A DNA stretch of 64,000 nt, from positions 107,882,001 through 107,946,000 of the forward strand of contig NC_087437.1 in assembly GCF_036321535.1 (NCBI RefSeq), given 5' to 3'. This document shows positions 37,251-51,520 of the stretch, piece by piece. The DNA is from Camelus dromedarius (lineage: Eukaryota). The translations under genes and the position numbers were made by a program. The notes under the pieces were generated by a model. The model was given only the letters and a program-made list of their open reading frames with translations, did not search any database and had not been told where the DNA came from. Numbering within the stretch: position 1 is the stretch's first letter; every line of letters begins with the position of its first letter.

Positions 37251-39084
37251 ATCATTTTCCTGACCTCCATGCAATGATTCAATGGAAGTGCCTGTTACCC
37301 AAGCCACTATAATCTCATGGTATAATACACAGATCTTTTCAAGAGTGGAGAGAAACGCCAGGAAACTGAAGATGAGCCATCAATGGGAAAACTGTCTTTA
37401 TTCCACCAGAGAATTATGCTGCTGACATCTCAGAGCTGCTGGGATGACTTGAGGAAGAGGGAAAATTGAAAATCTCCAGCTAAGATTCTTGTCAAGTGAG
37501 CAGAGAGATTTATTAGAAACTATCCCCAGTTATGACTTCTGAGAATAACAAAAGCTGAGAATTCTTTCCTACTACGTATTGAATAGAAATTTCTTTTGCA
37601 TCTATCAAGCTGTAGTGTTCTCTAGGAGTGTATTATCCCCAAGGGATATCTGTCATGCTTCCAAACCTTCTTTGTGCTATGAGCTACAAAATTCACCATT
37701 TACCTATTACCCATGCAAACAAATAGAAGACCAAGTTGCAGTGCCTCAATTCACTATTTTTCATTTATTCCATGAACATAAACATATTTATCAACCAAAG
37801 CAAAACAAACACACAGACCCACACCGTATTTCCCAGTTTGTTGAGTTTTTGTTTTGTCTACATTCTGTTCTTACAGTCCATCACTCCCTTCTCTGGGCAT
37901 CCTGGATAAAGCTGTCTACTGACCCAGCTCTCCAAATGCTAAAGCTTAATATACCACCTGGTAGATAGTTTGGTCCTAGAGTCATAGCATGTGTTTGGAA
38001 ATTGTTATATGTTAACACTTATCCTCGGACAATTAAAAGGACACACCTTGTTTCCTTGTTACAGAAGCAGTATCATTCTCTCCTTTTTTAGGTTTTAGGT
38101 TCCCTCAACCTTGTAAATTCACCGAAACATCTAAGAAAACCTAGTCCACTAATTCAAACCTGTCAATGTTTATCTGCCACAAGTGAAATATAAACCCCAG
38201 TGTCATTTCAAGTGGATTCTATTTAAAGGGAACCATCTGTTGGGAGGAACAGATCTTTTAGAACTGACTGCTCTGAAACCCTGGACACTAACAGATTTGA
38301 CTGCAGGGGTAAAAAAATGCCATGAGTTTCAGCTCATGTGGAGCAAAACAAGCCAAGTTCTAGGCCAGAGGAAAACAAAACTAGACCTTAATCTTTACTT
38401 GATGAATATCTTTTCTTTTAAATGAGCACCTGGAACAAATCCGTCTCTGAGAGCTGTCTGGTAGAACTTCCCAAACAAATCAACTAAGTCAGTCATTAAG
38501 AGAGAAAAAAAAAAATCTATAGCATTATTATTTAATAGTCAAAATAACTCTCTTCTACAGTCTAATACTTCTATGTGTCAAAGCACTGTTGTTTTTGTTT
38601 TTTTGAGTTTGGTTTCTAAGCTTTTTGAAAGTACACATTCTAGGGTTTGGTAAATAGTCACATTTTCAGAAAGCGTAATCTTTTTTACTTTTTTGCTATT
38701 TATCCAAACACATAAACTTATTATTTATTTCTGTGGGAAGAACACCTTAATGTTTAACCAAGGGACTTTTAAAAAGTGTAACCAATGAAAAAAACCTGGA
38801 TTTGTTTTAATAAATTGATTTTTTACTCAACCTACTTTTCCTTGAGTCTTTGGCATGACAGCATTCCTTTAGAATTACTTAGCCCAGCTGTGTGGTGGGT
38901 GAAGCAAAGGGCAGCGTTACCTAATAGGAAAAATCCATTGTACATACACTAAGGTGTTAGCGCTCTCAAAATTCCTAATTCAGAAAAATAAAGCGAATGA
39001 ACAGAACTTGTCCAAAAGAAGAAAACCTGACTTATACTTATGTCACAAAGCTGCTTTCAAGAGGCCTAAATAGGGGATATCAGG

Positions 39085-39275
39085 GTGTGCCAGAGAGGGT
39101 TCTAGATGGAGCCTTAGGGGCCCTGGGTTCTAATCTTGGTTGTTCAAATTTGGCCAAGTCGTTTGACCTTAATGGACCCCAGATTCCCATCTATAAAATG
39201 AGGAGTGTAATATTTGTCTTTCCTACTTCACAGGGTTATTGTGAGGATAAACTAGAAAAACAGATGTGAAGTTTC
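39085..39275 (+). mobile_element. MIR
   Basis: cctgggttctaatc...cccatctataaaatgagg...cctacttcacagggttattgtgaggataaa. Confidence 0.82.
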
Positions 39276-40634
39276 CCCAGAGAAATATATAAAATAGAAC
39301 AGACATTAATACTGATTCTCCTGGCCCTTCTATGGGTCAAAAATGCTTCAGACCCCATCTTATTATCCTTAAAAGGAAGAGGTCCTTTCTTTGAAGGTTA
39401 GAAACCCTCCAAGTTAATGATTCATTCTTAGGCATTATACGTAAGATGTAACCCAAGTTCTGAGATGATGGAAAAACCAAAACACCAGTTACATCAGATC
39501 AAAATTTCAGAGGAAATTTCTCACTTTCCCTTCCTCTCTCATTTTCAAGCCTACTCATAGTTTTTAATCTTTGGACAAATATACACGCTTGAATGTTTTA
39601 TTGCACATACTCTTTGCCTCACACCCACGTGCACACATCTGCCTCCACCCCCATTCCATCTTCTCTCAAAAATCCTAGATTTACCATTTTCTCCTCCACT
39701 TTCTTTTCTCTTCCACAATTTTTCTAAGTTTTACTATCCATTTTGATTCTTAACCAAAATTACCTGATTCTATAGGGTTAATATACGTAAATAACTGCTT
39801 CTGTTTGTTTTTTTGTCTACATAACAAGAAAGAAATCTGCCTCCATGATTTGGTGTATAAATTATGATCCTAGTTTTAAAATTGCATGAATCTGATTGTC
39901 TAAATATTGTGATTTAATCAGAAAAATTACTGTTGAATACTATTTGGATAATTTGTTTGAGACATCCTGACGTGATGTTTGAAGGAACTGTCAAAAAGAA
40001 TTAAATCAAACAACTTCCTCCTGTCTAAGATGGTGATTTGGAAGCTAGTTGATGTTCAAGTTCAGCATGGAGAAACCTACAGAGAATAGGAGACTCTCAA
40101 AATGGTAAAGTGCTAGGTACCCTGTGCTCATCTGTGGCTGTTCTCTGCACCACACAGCAAAATCTTAACTACCTTAAAGTATACAAAAACATTTCTTTTT
40201 TCTAAATTTAGAGATTCGATAGTGGTTTCAGCATTAAATATAATATCACTGTCCTAAAAGTGTCCTGCAAATTTTTCCAATCACTTCTCAAGTAGGCACA
40301 TCAGAAAAGTGATCCTGAAAAAATATGGATATTCCGCCATACACACAAACATACACACATCCACACATGGACATGCTCTATCACATGCCTTTCAGGTGAT
40401 ATTAATAAGAACAGTTCATAAAATAGATTTGAAGGTAAACTAGGATGTTTGAATGTCAACTACACACCTGTAATTCATACTGACATGGAAAAAAAGTTGT
40501 TTCTAAGTAAGTACTTGCTCAATGCATTCTGTTTAATTCTTATGATACATAGAAGCTTTTACTTTCTATTAAGATGTTTTTATGTGTAATGCATTTTCCT
40601 TACAATGCTATTAAGTCCTTATCGTCCTGACTGT

Positions 40635-40848
40635 ACCACTGATGAAAAGTCATGTTGGACAAGCTACATGGACTCTCTGTGCTTCCTCTTTGGCTGCTGT
40701 TTGTTTTTATTTTTTGCTGTTACCTGGGGCCTGGGTATAACGAGTGTCTACTGCATAGGGTAGCTGTAAGGATGCCTTGAGATGCTGCATGTTAACCTCT
40801 TAGAAAAGCTCCAGGCACAAAATCAGTTCTCAGTAAATGTTAGCTGAC
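40635..40848 (+). mobile_element. MIR
   Basis: ttggacaagcta...ctctctgtgctt...catagggtagctgtaaggat...ctcagtaaatgttagct. Confidence 0.7.
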
Positions 40849-41309
40849 ATCATTGGTGATTTTATTTCCCATCGGACCTAGTAAAATGTACATCGCAAAC
40901 TATGCATAAATGGTTCCTAAATAACAGAGTTATCAAATCTAAACTATGGCCCTTGTGTAAGTAAGCTACTTCTCAGAAAGTTTCTCAAAAGATGAATTGC
41001 CTCACAAATATAAAGACACATAAATAAATAATAGATATGTAGGTAGATAGATAAATAGATGTGTTTAGGTGTGTTTGTGTGTGTGTGTATGTGTGTGTGT
41101 TTCAGCAGTCACAAAAAAGCTCTGGATTAGGCCACCAAGAAAAATATAATGAAAAAAGGCAGAAAAATAAAGCCGAATCTCACAACTTAGGAAACATGCA
41201 GCCAGTTATAACATTGTATTTTTATAACATTTCTTGTATCATTAAAATCGTCCTTTTGTGTCTTCAAGCGCAATATCATTCCCTTTTGGAGAGACAGTGT
41301 ATGCTAGAT

Positions 41310-41750
41310 ATTGTCTGTCATTGAGCACTGAGTCCCAATCTAACCTTTCTGTGCTCTTCAAAGTCTTACAGGGGTTAGAAGCTTGAAAACTAAATTCCCG
41401 CGTCTCCCTTGTAAAATGGAAGTTAGCTGGATTTGGCCTGTGGAAATACTTGTAATAAACTAGAAGTGGGGGAAACGGACATATTATTATGCTTCTGGCA
41501 TTGGCATGTGCAGTAGCTGGGATTGTGGGTGCCAGCACCGTCAGCAGTTCCTTCTGTTCAGCAGCAAGGACAGGATGGTGCCACCTGCAGCTCAGTGCCC
41601 AAGGCTGACACCCGCCATCCACAGATGGGCGTACCTTCCTAATCTCTGAGTAAATCTCCTCCCTTTGCTCCTCCAGACTTTCTAACACCTTCCTAACCAA
41701 TTCCCTACCCAAAGTGTCTTTCCATCTAAAATCTGCCGAGTGGTGTCAAT
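41310..41750 (+). mobile_element. LTR33-like ERVL LTR
   Basis: agaagcttgaaaactaaattccc...ccctttgctcctccag...ttctaacaccttcctaaccaattccct. Confidence 0.6.
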
Positions 41751-42409
41751 TAATCTAATGAAATTGGGATTTTGTAATTATACAGACATTTTCAGGAAGA
41801 GTAGAGCTTTGCTTATAGCTGTATTCACTTGGGGAAAAAAAAAAGTATTATAAAGCCTTTTGAGTATGAATGGAATTTGAAACCTTAGTGGAAACCTAAT
41901 CAATTTAAGTTTTAAAAGGAAAAACCTCTCATTTTCCTGTCAAATATATTTTATTTGATATTACGGTAGAAATATTAAATAATAGCTGTTACTTTTATCA
42001 GCAGAACATGGTACACTGTGCTCCACATTTAAGTACTTCCTTGAACAAAAGTTTCTTTACTTAGTTGAAATGTCTTCATTTTTTCTCTCCCTGGACATCT
42101 CTAAAAGTGCGTAACCACTCCCCTCTCCCCCACTGCGGCACTCCACTTACTTGTCCTCGTTTTTTTTTTGGCCATCATTGGTCTTTTTCTCTTCTCTAAT
42201 TTGCACACTTTTTTGATCAACATACTCAATTCAGTCCTAACCTGAAAATACACTTTATGAACCCACTTCCAGTCAAAGTTCTAATGCTTCTCTCTTCTCC
42301 AGTTCTTGCCAACATGCAGGGGGGGAAAAAAAAGCTATTCTCCTAATCTTGCAGTTCCACATTTTATTTCCTGTTATTTCTCAGTCCCTTCTACAATGTT
42401 TCTGAAACA

Positions 42410-42537
42410 ACAGGCTGTAGACTTCCTGCCTGAACCCACTAATGGATCTGAGTTGCTGAAGGTGGAGCCTGAAAATCTGCACTAACAAACCCTCCAGGTG
42501 GCTCTTATGAAGGACTACATTTGGAGAAACTTTGTAG
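42410..42537. mobile_element. MER5A-like MITE
   Basis: ggtggagcctgaaaatctgcactaacaaaccctccaggtggctcttatg...tttggagaaac. Confidence 0.7.
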
Positions 42538-42833
42538 ATTCTGCTCCAACTGTCTGAGTAGCATTGTATCCCACAGCTCACTGCTCATCAAATCCTCTGG
42601 CAGACACTCAGATTTCATCCTTGTCTGATTTCCAGTGTTTCATCCCATCTCCCGCTTCGCCCACTAGACTTGTGAAGATGCCATTTCACCTCCTTCTTCT
42701 CAAATGCCTTTGTCAGAAACTGCTCAGACTTCTGCCCTTTATTTTCCTATTTATATTTCCACACATTTTCTTAATGAAATCCTTTCTTGTTATTACTTCA
42801 AATACATCTATATAGATGACTCTACATACTGCA

Positions 42834-42863
42834 TGTGTGTTTGTGTGTGTGTGTGTGTGTGTG
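42834..42863. repeat. Interrupted (TG)n
   Basis: Direct read. Confidence 0.85.
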
Positions 42864-43379
42864 TAGTTGTATATCTACTTCTAACTTCAGATTTCACATT
42901 TCCAGTCTCCTCATAGGTTTTCTTACTACGAGACAGACAAGTTAGTCATTCAATCACTATTAGAAGAATATAAAACCAAGTATCAAGAACAATGCTAACC
43001 TCTGGAATCTCAATCCAAGAGGCCCTCAATCAAACAACATTTTCCTCTTCCTCCAACAGAAAGTCATGCTTTTTTTTTTTTTTTTACTTTATTTACCTTT
43101 TTCAATTCAGATTTTCCTTCTCTCGACTTACCTTTTTCAGTTCATAGAACTACCATCTTCTTAGCTGCTTAAGTTTCACTTGAAAACTAAGAATCATTCA
43201 ATGTTATGCTGGCCCATGTTTAACAATCAGTTCGCCTTAAAATAATCCTAACTTGTAATGTTGTTACTATTCACAGCATGGTTAATTTGAGTAACAATTT
43301 GATAACACTAAAAGGAAGTTGGGGACAAATGTGCAAAATCTGCTACTGAGAGACCCAGGATACCACTGGAATCACTGCT

Positions 43380-43680
43380 TTTTCTCCCATATTTACATCC
43401 CCTATGCACTCATTCAACAAACTCCTAAAATTCTCCCTTTGAATTATGTCTAGAAGTACTACCCCCTTTCTATCCTTACCATCATGTCTCTCCTACAGGC
43501 CTCACGTTCACTTTGCTGGATTACGTGGCAGCATTTAACCACTTTACCCGCTGGTGCCACATTGGGCTCCTATCTGCCCTCCACATGTCATGACATTCAT
43601 GTTCTCCAAGAACAGATGTGATTACATCACCCCGTGTTTCAAAATGTTTAATCACTTCCATTAGGAAACAAAATCAACTC
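43380..43680 (+). mobile_element. L2 fragment (further pieces about 42800-43200 and 44300-44600)
   Basis: ctggattacgtggcagc...ctccacatg...cagatgtgattacatcaccccgtgtttcaaaat...aaaatcaactc. Confidence 0.65.
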
Positions 43681-44069
43681 TGCCAGGGGCAGTTCTGAGA
43701 ATAAAAATATTGAGTCTAATAATGACATCAAATAACAGATTGGACCCAGAAATAAAAACACAGATATTTTAGATTTTTTTTTTAATTTTGAACTTTTAAT
43801 ACCTTGTCAAGCTTTCTTCTTGCTTTTAGAAATATTTTATATTGGCAAGAAAGTATGCTTGGTTCTTTGTAACTTTCCAGCTTCTCATATCTATCTTTCA
43901 TATGTTATTCTTGCTGTTTCTAACAGATGCCAGTCCAAAACCATCATGATACCTTCTAACTAACCTTTATCATCTCCTTCCCTCCAGTTTAGCCTCCATG
44001 CTATGGCCAGAGATGCTGTAGATAATAACCTCCAGTCCTTCTCTGCATTGAGCAACTAGAACCATTATC

Positions 44070-44190
44070 ATTGCATAAATCACATTACACAGTAGGTCTT
44101 TTCTTTACCCATTTCATAGATGGGAAGAGAGAAGCTTTTAGGGAAGTAATTTGTGGCAGATTACCAAAATAGTGAGTGGAAAACTACCTA
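44070..44190 (-). mobile_element. MIR core
   Basis: cccatttcatagatgggaa...gaagtaatttgt...tagtgagtgg. Confidence 0.6.
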
Positions 44191-44605
44191 CATTTTGTCC
44201 TTATCAACATCTTCAGTAATAACCCACACTAGGTAAGTTATCTTGAAGTCCCTAAACTACTTTTAAACCAAAATCCTCACTATTCCCCATCACATACTTC
44301 ACACATCCATGTAAATATCTCGCTAGTCCCCATGCAGCTGCCAAGATGCCTTTATTAATGTAAGTCATCAGCTCTGATGTTCTTCCCATATTTATCTAGA
44401 GAAATGACTTCACTTTTATATGAATACAAAACTGCCTTCTTTGAGAAGGGTCTTGATTCCTTCAGAAAGAAGTTCTCACTCCTTTTTCTAAATTCCCATC
44501 AATCTATTTTTCTCTCTCTGATGAAGCCTTACATAATTTTACTTTGTATTGTGAATTTGTATGTATCTCAATATCAAAGTTGTTGGTTCCCAGAGTAGAC
44601 CCTCA

Positions 44606-45245
44606 TGTAGATATTACTCTACTGCATAACAATGTATCACAGACTTAGCAGCTTAAAACAATTCCCACTTAATATCTTAGAGTTTCCATGGCTCAGGAAT
44701 CCAGACATGGCTTAGTTGGTCCTCTAGTCAGGGTCTCACAGGCTGCAATCAAGGCATCAGTTGGGAGTGGGTCTTATCTGAGGCTCTGAGTACTCTTTAA
44801 GGCTCACATGATTATTGGCAGAATTTATTTTTTGTAATTATGAGACTTCAAACCTTTAGCTCCTAGAGGTCTCCTACCATTCCTTACCATGTAGCCCTGA
44901 CTTCAATAACTGCTTGCCTCTTCAAGGATAGCCAAAGAAAGATAATCTCTGACTTCTTTTGTTTCTAATATCCATGCCCTTTTAAAACAAACCACTGATT
45001 ACACTGGCACACTCATAATAAATGCCCTTTTGATCAACATATAGTCAACTGATTAGGAACCTTAATTACATCTGCTAAATCTCTTCCTCTTTGCCATATA
45101 ATGTAATATGATTACAGGAATTATAACCTCTAATATTTGTCATATTTTAATGATTAGAAGCAAATTTCAGGTCCTTCCCTCATTCAATAAGAGGATGTTA
45201 TCCAAAGATGTGGACCATTAGAGATCATTTAATATTAAACCTACA
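44606..45245 (-). mobile_element. MaLR LTR (MLT1E-like), near full length
   Basis: ctgcataacaa...cttagcagcttaaaaca...tcagggtctcacaggctgcaatcaagg...gtcaactgattaggaaccttaattacatctgc...cctaca. Confidence 0.88.
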
Positions 45246-47749
45246 AAAGTAAATCTACCACAAATCTACATAGCCTGATCTCTTATGAATAAATGCTTTT
45301 GAATTATTGGTTAATAATTGTGACATTTATTAAGTGACAGTGCAGTATTTCTCCTTTGCAGTAAGTTGAAACACTTTATATATGTCAAATAAAAGCATCT
45401 AATATTTGAACATATACAAAGAAAAAATAAGTAAGTAGTAGTTGAACATACAAAAATAAAATAAAATAAGTAAACAAAAACCTTTGTGAGCTTAGATTCT
45501 ATCACTCAAGTACAATTTTTCAAAAAACGAATAAAAGGAGAATTATAGCAAAATGAAAGGGATTTTAGAACAAAGCTCATACTTAAGGAAGGCTCTATGT
45601 TGAATATGATGTGGGATCACTGTATTTCATGTTCCATCTTGCATTATACATATGGGAGCAGCAAAACTAACCTCATCTTGCCCTTTTTTCTGTGGGAGAG
45701 AAGCTAACATCTCCAAGGACTACTATTTCTCATCATGAAGGGCTTTAATTTTATCTATCCATATGGCTGTCATTCAAAAAAGACTTCTAATTTTATTCCA
45801 CAAGGAAGAGCACTTGACATCTGAAAAGCTGACCTGTCTTCAAACAGTAAAGTTATTAGTCAGAAGCATAGTAAGCCAAGGGAACAATGAAGAAAAGGGT
45901 TAGGTGCCTCTACAGGTGAAATGATGAAATTCAAAACATTGCAAAATATTTGAAGTGTTTGCTGCTTCTGCCTGATTCTTTAAGAGATCCAGACCAGTCA
46001 CCTAATAATTTTGGTTGTCATTTCAATAGATTACTTATGAGTTTGTGTAAATTATTGCTGTAGAATACACATCTCTTCAAATCTTCTAATGCTTTAAATT
46101 CTGTCCTGGCATCCCATTCTTAACCAGACTTACAATTTTCATTTGCTGAAAGTGACCAGAATTGGCTTTACCATGGTCAGATGGCCTCCAAGTAGATGAA
46201 GCACAGCAAATTTACAAAAATTCAAACAGACCCCTATATATTTAAGTGATAGAATCAATGTCTAAAAGCAACATAAATCAATGTAGACAAAGTCATATAG
46301 AAGGAATAGTGTATAAAAAGTTTTTTCAATATACCTCTCTATTCTGAGGAATTAAAGGCATTTCTGTCAGATAAAAAGCTGAAAGTCCAAAAATTGTACT
46401 ACATACAAGCTTTGTAGAAGACATAAGATCTGGACTCTAATTCTCACTGGATTTATTTACAAGAGAATTTCAGATCAATGTGATCAGTGGTGGGAGTTGA
46501 ACTGTGTGGGCAGACTCCTTGAATGTCCATTTTCAGAAACCTGAGGCATTGAGACAGTTAAGATATGAGTGACTTCTGAAAATACCATGTGCTGACAGTT
46601 ACTGGACCTTCAAGTATTCAAAGAAAATGTCAACTAACCATTTGCCATATACTTGCAAACTTTTATGAAATGTTCTCTCACCATCATTAAAGTAAGAACT
46701 AAATTATATGAAATTCTACCACTTCACTTAACCCCAAATAACTCCAGTCAGTTCCTTCTATGACGATTATGTTGCAGACAAAACTATAAATAACTTGAGG
46801 ACACTGAGGACGCTGTATAACTCTATTGTAGACTTCTCAGTTCCTAAGCATTGTTGGGCATTTGTCTTGTACCCCAAAGACATCCATCTCCCTGCCTTCT
46901 TATTCTTTCCTACATAAAAAAGTGGATGAGCATACTGATCATACTGATATCCAGCCCAGATTTAAATGGAGCACAAAATTCAGTTAAACACATTAACCTA
47001 AATCACATTAACAGAAATTAAAGTTCTGTTTATACTCACATATTTAGAATACTATCAAACATAACAATTCTCATAAAATTATTCCATTTATTGGAGTGTT
47101 GTTGTAAATTCTAAGTCATTTGTGCCATGATATGGGTAAAAGGAAACTGTGGAATGGGCCAAGAAAGATGTTTTAATAGGGTGTATTACCTGAGTCATTT
47201 TTGGAATAAACAAACTTCCCAGTTTTGCGAATGTCAGATTTTCTTCTCTTCACTCACGTGGAATTAGCTCTCCTTGAAGGTGTAGGACTAGAATCCTCTT
47301 GCTGACTGAAATTCTTACAGAATTATATTGAAAAAGCTTTTTATGTCACACGTTTTATTATATTTCATTCAATTGCATCAGAGGATTTGTGTATGCATTT
47401 TTGCTCCAATGTTCTTGATTTTATTGATAAAGTATTCTGAGTGTATATTAATATATGTGAAAATCATAAATTGGTCTTTTTAAAATTAAGAATCCTGGCT
47501 GCTTGCTTAATAGACTTAAGGGACTGAAGAAGAGTATATGCACGTTTTCTCAGATCATGTGAGGTTTAATACCTGGAGAATTGAAAATGAAAATACCACT
47601 TAAGCACCAAAATTTAATGGAACAGAAGCTCATACTATTATAGTATAAATATTTTAAAGATTCAAATATCTGTTTTTTAAATGTGTGTATTACAGTGGTG
47701 TGCTTCAACTTCTGAAATGCAGAGAAAAGAGCCAATTAATTACTTCTAG

Positions 47750-48500
47750 ACATTGAGAGAAGACTTTATGGAACAGGAATTTTGCATTTAAAGCTTTAAA
47801 GTATCACATGGGAGTGGGAAATATGTGAAAGATTCAAAAGACAATATTCATTTTTGACATACGCATGCACATAGGCAAAGATATGAAGGCATGGGCACTC
47901 AGAGTCCCAGAATTATTGTTAATTACTCCATGGCTCTGTAGTCTGTCTGTGTTTGTAGAAAATGAGAAATGAACAGATGAGGAGCGGTGGGAAATGAGCA
48001 TTCAGCACTGTTTTGAAGCAGGATTGTGAATGGCCTGAAATTTCATGCTGTGAAAGCAGAACTTAATTCTGTAGACAGTTCTATGTTTTAGAAAGATGAT
48101 CCCAGTGACAGTGAAGAAAGCACTGAACGTAGAGAACCTAGATGCACAGAACACTAATTAGAAAACAACTTAGAGTGTTTAAGTGAGAGTTGAGAAGCTG
48201 ATCTAAGGCAGAGAAAGCAAGAACTAACTGAATGTGTAAATTAATTCCCAACTATTGAATCAAGGAAAAAATTAAAGAGAAACAATCCAAATGGCCCAAA
48301 GGGAAAGTTTGGGCAACTCGCTATACTATTAGGGAAAGAAAACATCATTGAGTAGAAAGTATGTCTGTAACTTTTCTAGATAAGTTGAATTGTGAGAATC
48401 TTAGAGAGTCAAAAATTAATTAAAAAAACAAAAAAACAAAGAGGAAATAAGATTGGCTTGAGTCATCTAACAAGTACCATTGTACCATGAGAGCTGAGAT
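47750..48500 (-). mobile_element. Degenerate L2
   Basis: cataggcaaagatatgaaggcatg...ttaattctgtagacag...tatgttttagaaagatgatcc. Confidence 0.55.
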
Positions 48501-50999
48501 AAAATAATTTTTAAGAGGCTACAAATGATGTGAAGAGATAATCTGATTGACAATAATAATCATAAAGCTTATCCTTAGATCTAGGTGATTTATTTTGTTA
48601 TGAGAGAAGAACTAAATTTTTTGACAGATCTATGCCAATTTAATTCTGAACGTAGAGACAAAAATTTGCATTTTCTTGTTATGAGACATGATCTTCTTGC
48701 TCCCCATCAAAAAAAAATTTGGAATTTTCAAGGCTAGTGCATATTAAGGAAGTGCATACAGTCAGAGAAAAAAAAAAAACACGATATAAACGATGAAATC
48801 CACAGAGAAGGGAAGAAAACTTTAACTTTATAAATTCTTCCAATGTCTTTCAAGATACTTTATAATCTATTTAAGATTTGGAAGATAATAGTTTTCATAA
48901 GAATTATTTTTTTTTTTAGAGTTAAGTGTATTAAGCATGAAAAAGTCTATGTTTCTATACTGATTTTCTTATAACATATTCCTTCATCTGATTAAACATG
49001 AGTAAAAATAGATTAAATTTCAAATATTTTACAAGCTGTTTTTAGATGTAATGTTTCTCTTTTTGTACATAGTTGAATCCTTTTCTCATGTAGAATTTTA
49101 GACTTTCCAAGCCTTATTTGCCTTAAACAAAAAGGTAAAATATAATAACTCAGTAAATCAACCAGCCATTTCTCTCACTAAATATTTCTCAGATCTATCA
49201 TCCTATTTGATTATGTTTACAGAAATTATTTAGTCATCTAGGGAAACGTAAAACCGTACAATATTGCAGAAGATAAAGAAGTGAGCATCTTTCCTCAATG
49301 ACTGCATTTGCTAGTTTTCTATGCTCATGTGAGCATCATGCCTCTGTCATTTTCTGTAAATTCTCTGATGCTTTTGCCAAAGATACTGCCTACTCCATTA
49401 CCATTTGCATACACAATCAATGTATAACTTCTAATAATTAGATCTCAGTAGACTTTTATGGGCATGTTGTAGCATTTAACACAAAAGGAAAAAAAAAAAC
49501 TGACAATAAACTGAAAAAAGGAAAACTTGGAAGGTCATTCTTGGAACACCCTCAAGTACATAAACTGAAATTGAATGGAGTTCCGATAAAATGAACAGCT
49601 GCATTGGCCATGAGTTTGACTGCTGGGAGCTAAGACCAAAATGTTCAGCTCAACTTGGATGACCTACATCATCCACTCATGTGGACAATATTAGAATGCC
49701 CCTTTTTTTAAGTAAAAAAAATATTTTCTCTATAAATTAAATTAATGAGATAGGCAGTATATTTTCCAAAATTATTGAGGGAAAAGAGTGAAAATAATAA
49801 GTAAAAATATTCTGAAGAATGATTAGAAATCAGCAAAAGAGTAAATATGGACAATAACTTATGCATGAATCAAAGATAAATAAAAGTGGCAAATACTTAC
49901 GAAGCACTTACTATGTATGGTGGAGAATGTTATACCCTTGAGCCGTAGAAATTAAATGAGAATCTGCAAGACCAGGATTCTCACAAGCAATCTCATGATT
50001 TCACATTTTGACATTATCTAACATGGGATATATGCATATTTTTTTTAGATATTTGCAATCTACCTGAATTTGTCTTAAAAATCCAATCTCATTCAAAGAC
50101 TCTATTTTTACCTTAAAAAAAGTTCAAAAATATTACTTGCATTTGAAGTCACTTCTGCTTAATGGATAAGTGGCATAATATTTTTCATATTCAAGATAAA
50201 TCTGTAATATTATATGTCAAATAAATATATTCTTACTCAGAACTATTCTGCTAAGGTTATTGTATATTATTTTAAGGATAAAGACATTTTTGCATATTAA
50301 TTTTTATCTTTAAGTGATAGGTTTGGTTATTTACTGGCAAATTTTTAAAACAGTGAATATATAAAGCCTAATACAAAGCTGAACTTTGAAAGAATGAGAC
50401 TAGTTCAAGTTTATATTCCTGTTAAATTCTATTTCAATATAACATTTGATCTGGAATTGTGGAGGTAAATCAAAAGTGAACTTCCTCTAATGAGACTACC
50501 TTGGTGAAGTTCTAAAAATATTTTTTTACTATTATTATTATATTATATATTCCTTTTATTACACATTCTTTTTTTTCCCCACAGCTATTGAAATTTTTTG
50601 GTGAAAGTTTGTTGTTTTTGGTGTGAGTGAAGATATAGTTTTTACACAAGAGCTTGAGATGTCGTATGCTTAAGTATTTTAAAATAAATTTGCTAATCCA
50701 AAGTTAAAGAAGTGCATATTAATATTAATGAAATCAGATTACTGAAAATAGCATTATGCTTTGGGTGTTTGAATTCACTGTACTTATGTACTTTATTTAG
50801 TAATCAAGTTAGAAGTTTCAAATTTTTTTTTACAGGAAAAACACAAGTGGTCTGATTATGTGTCTATTTCACACAATAGATAGCTATTTTTAATGTTTGT
50901 CCATAGCTGAGTTTACCGAATTTAACTTTAATCACTATCATTATCCATCTAGTAACAACTACTCTTATAAACACAAAATAAAATACAACCAAATTAATC

Positions 51000-51110
51000 C
51001 TCTCATTTATAAAACATTCCATGGATGACTATTATGTACTAAGACTTATGCTAACCAGTGGGAATACAGCCTTGAATAAGACATAATCTCTACTCTGAAG
51101 ACATTTATTA
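51000..51110 (-). mobile_element. L2 3' terminal fragment
   Basis: ctattatgtactaagac...gggaatacagccttgaataagacataatctctactctgaaga. Confidence 0.55.
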
Positions 51111-51310
51111 GGCACATGAGGGGACCTTTACGTGGGTGAATTCATGGTTGTAACATTACGTTAGTGATGGCAATCGTCAGAGCAGATATCTATCAATGTC
51201 ACAAGATTAATGGTTCAGTAAGAGTGATCTTTCATTAATCAAGCAGAGTGTTATTAGTGGTTCAATTTCTCTAGGTAAAATGTTATGGGATGGTGTAAAG
51301 CTATGTAACT

Positions 51311-51520
51311 GTCATAACATGGGTTCCCTAGAAACTGCAGAAGGAACATGGCACAAGGATTTTATTTAGGTATTCTTAGAAGCATAAATAAAGGAACAGG
51401 AAGAGTAAGACAGAGCAGAGAGAAAAGTCAGTGAAGGAAGAATTACAGAGTTGGTTAGCACTGTGGGCAAATGGGGTCAATCTGTGCTACTGACCCTCGA
51501 GGAACTCTGTAGAATATACC
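51311..51520 (-). mobile_element. LTR16-family ERVL LTR fragment
   Basis: tgggttccctagaa...tttattt...cactgtgggcaaatggggtcaatc...gaggaactctgtagaat. Confidence 0.65.

Noticed and set aside
41242..41712. 156-aa minus ORF
   Set aside because: Lies within an LTR33-like relic, has a non-ATG start and no recognisable domain
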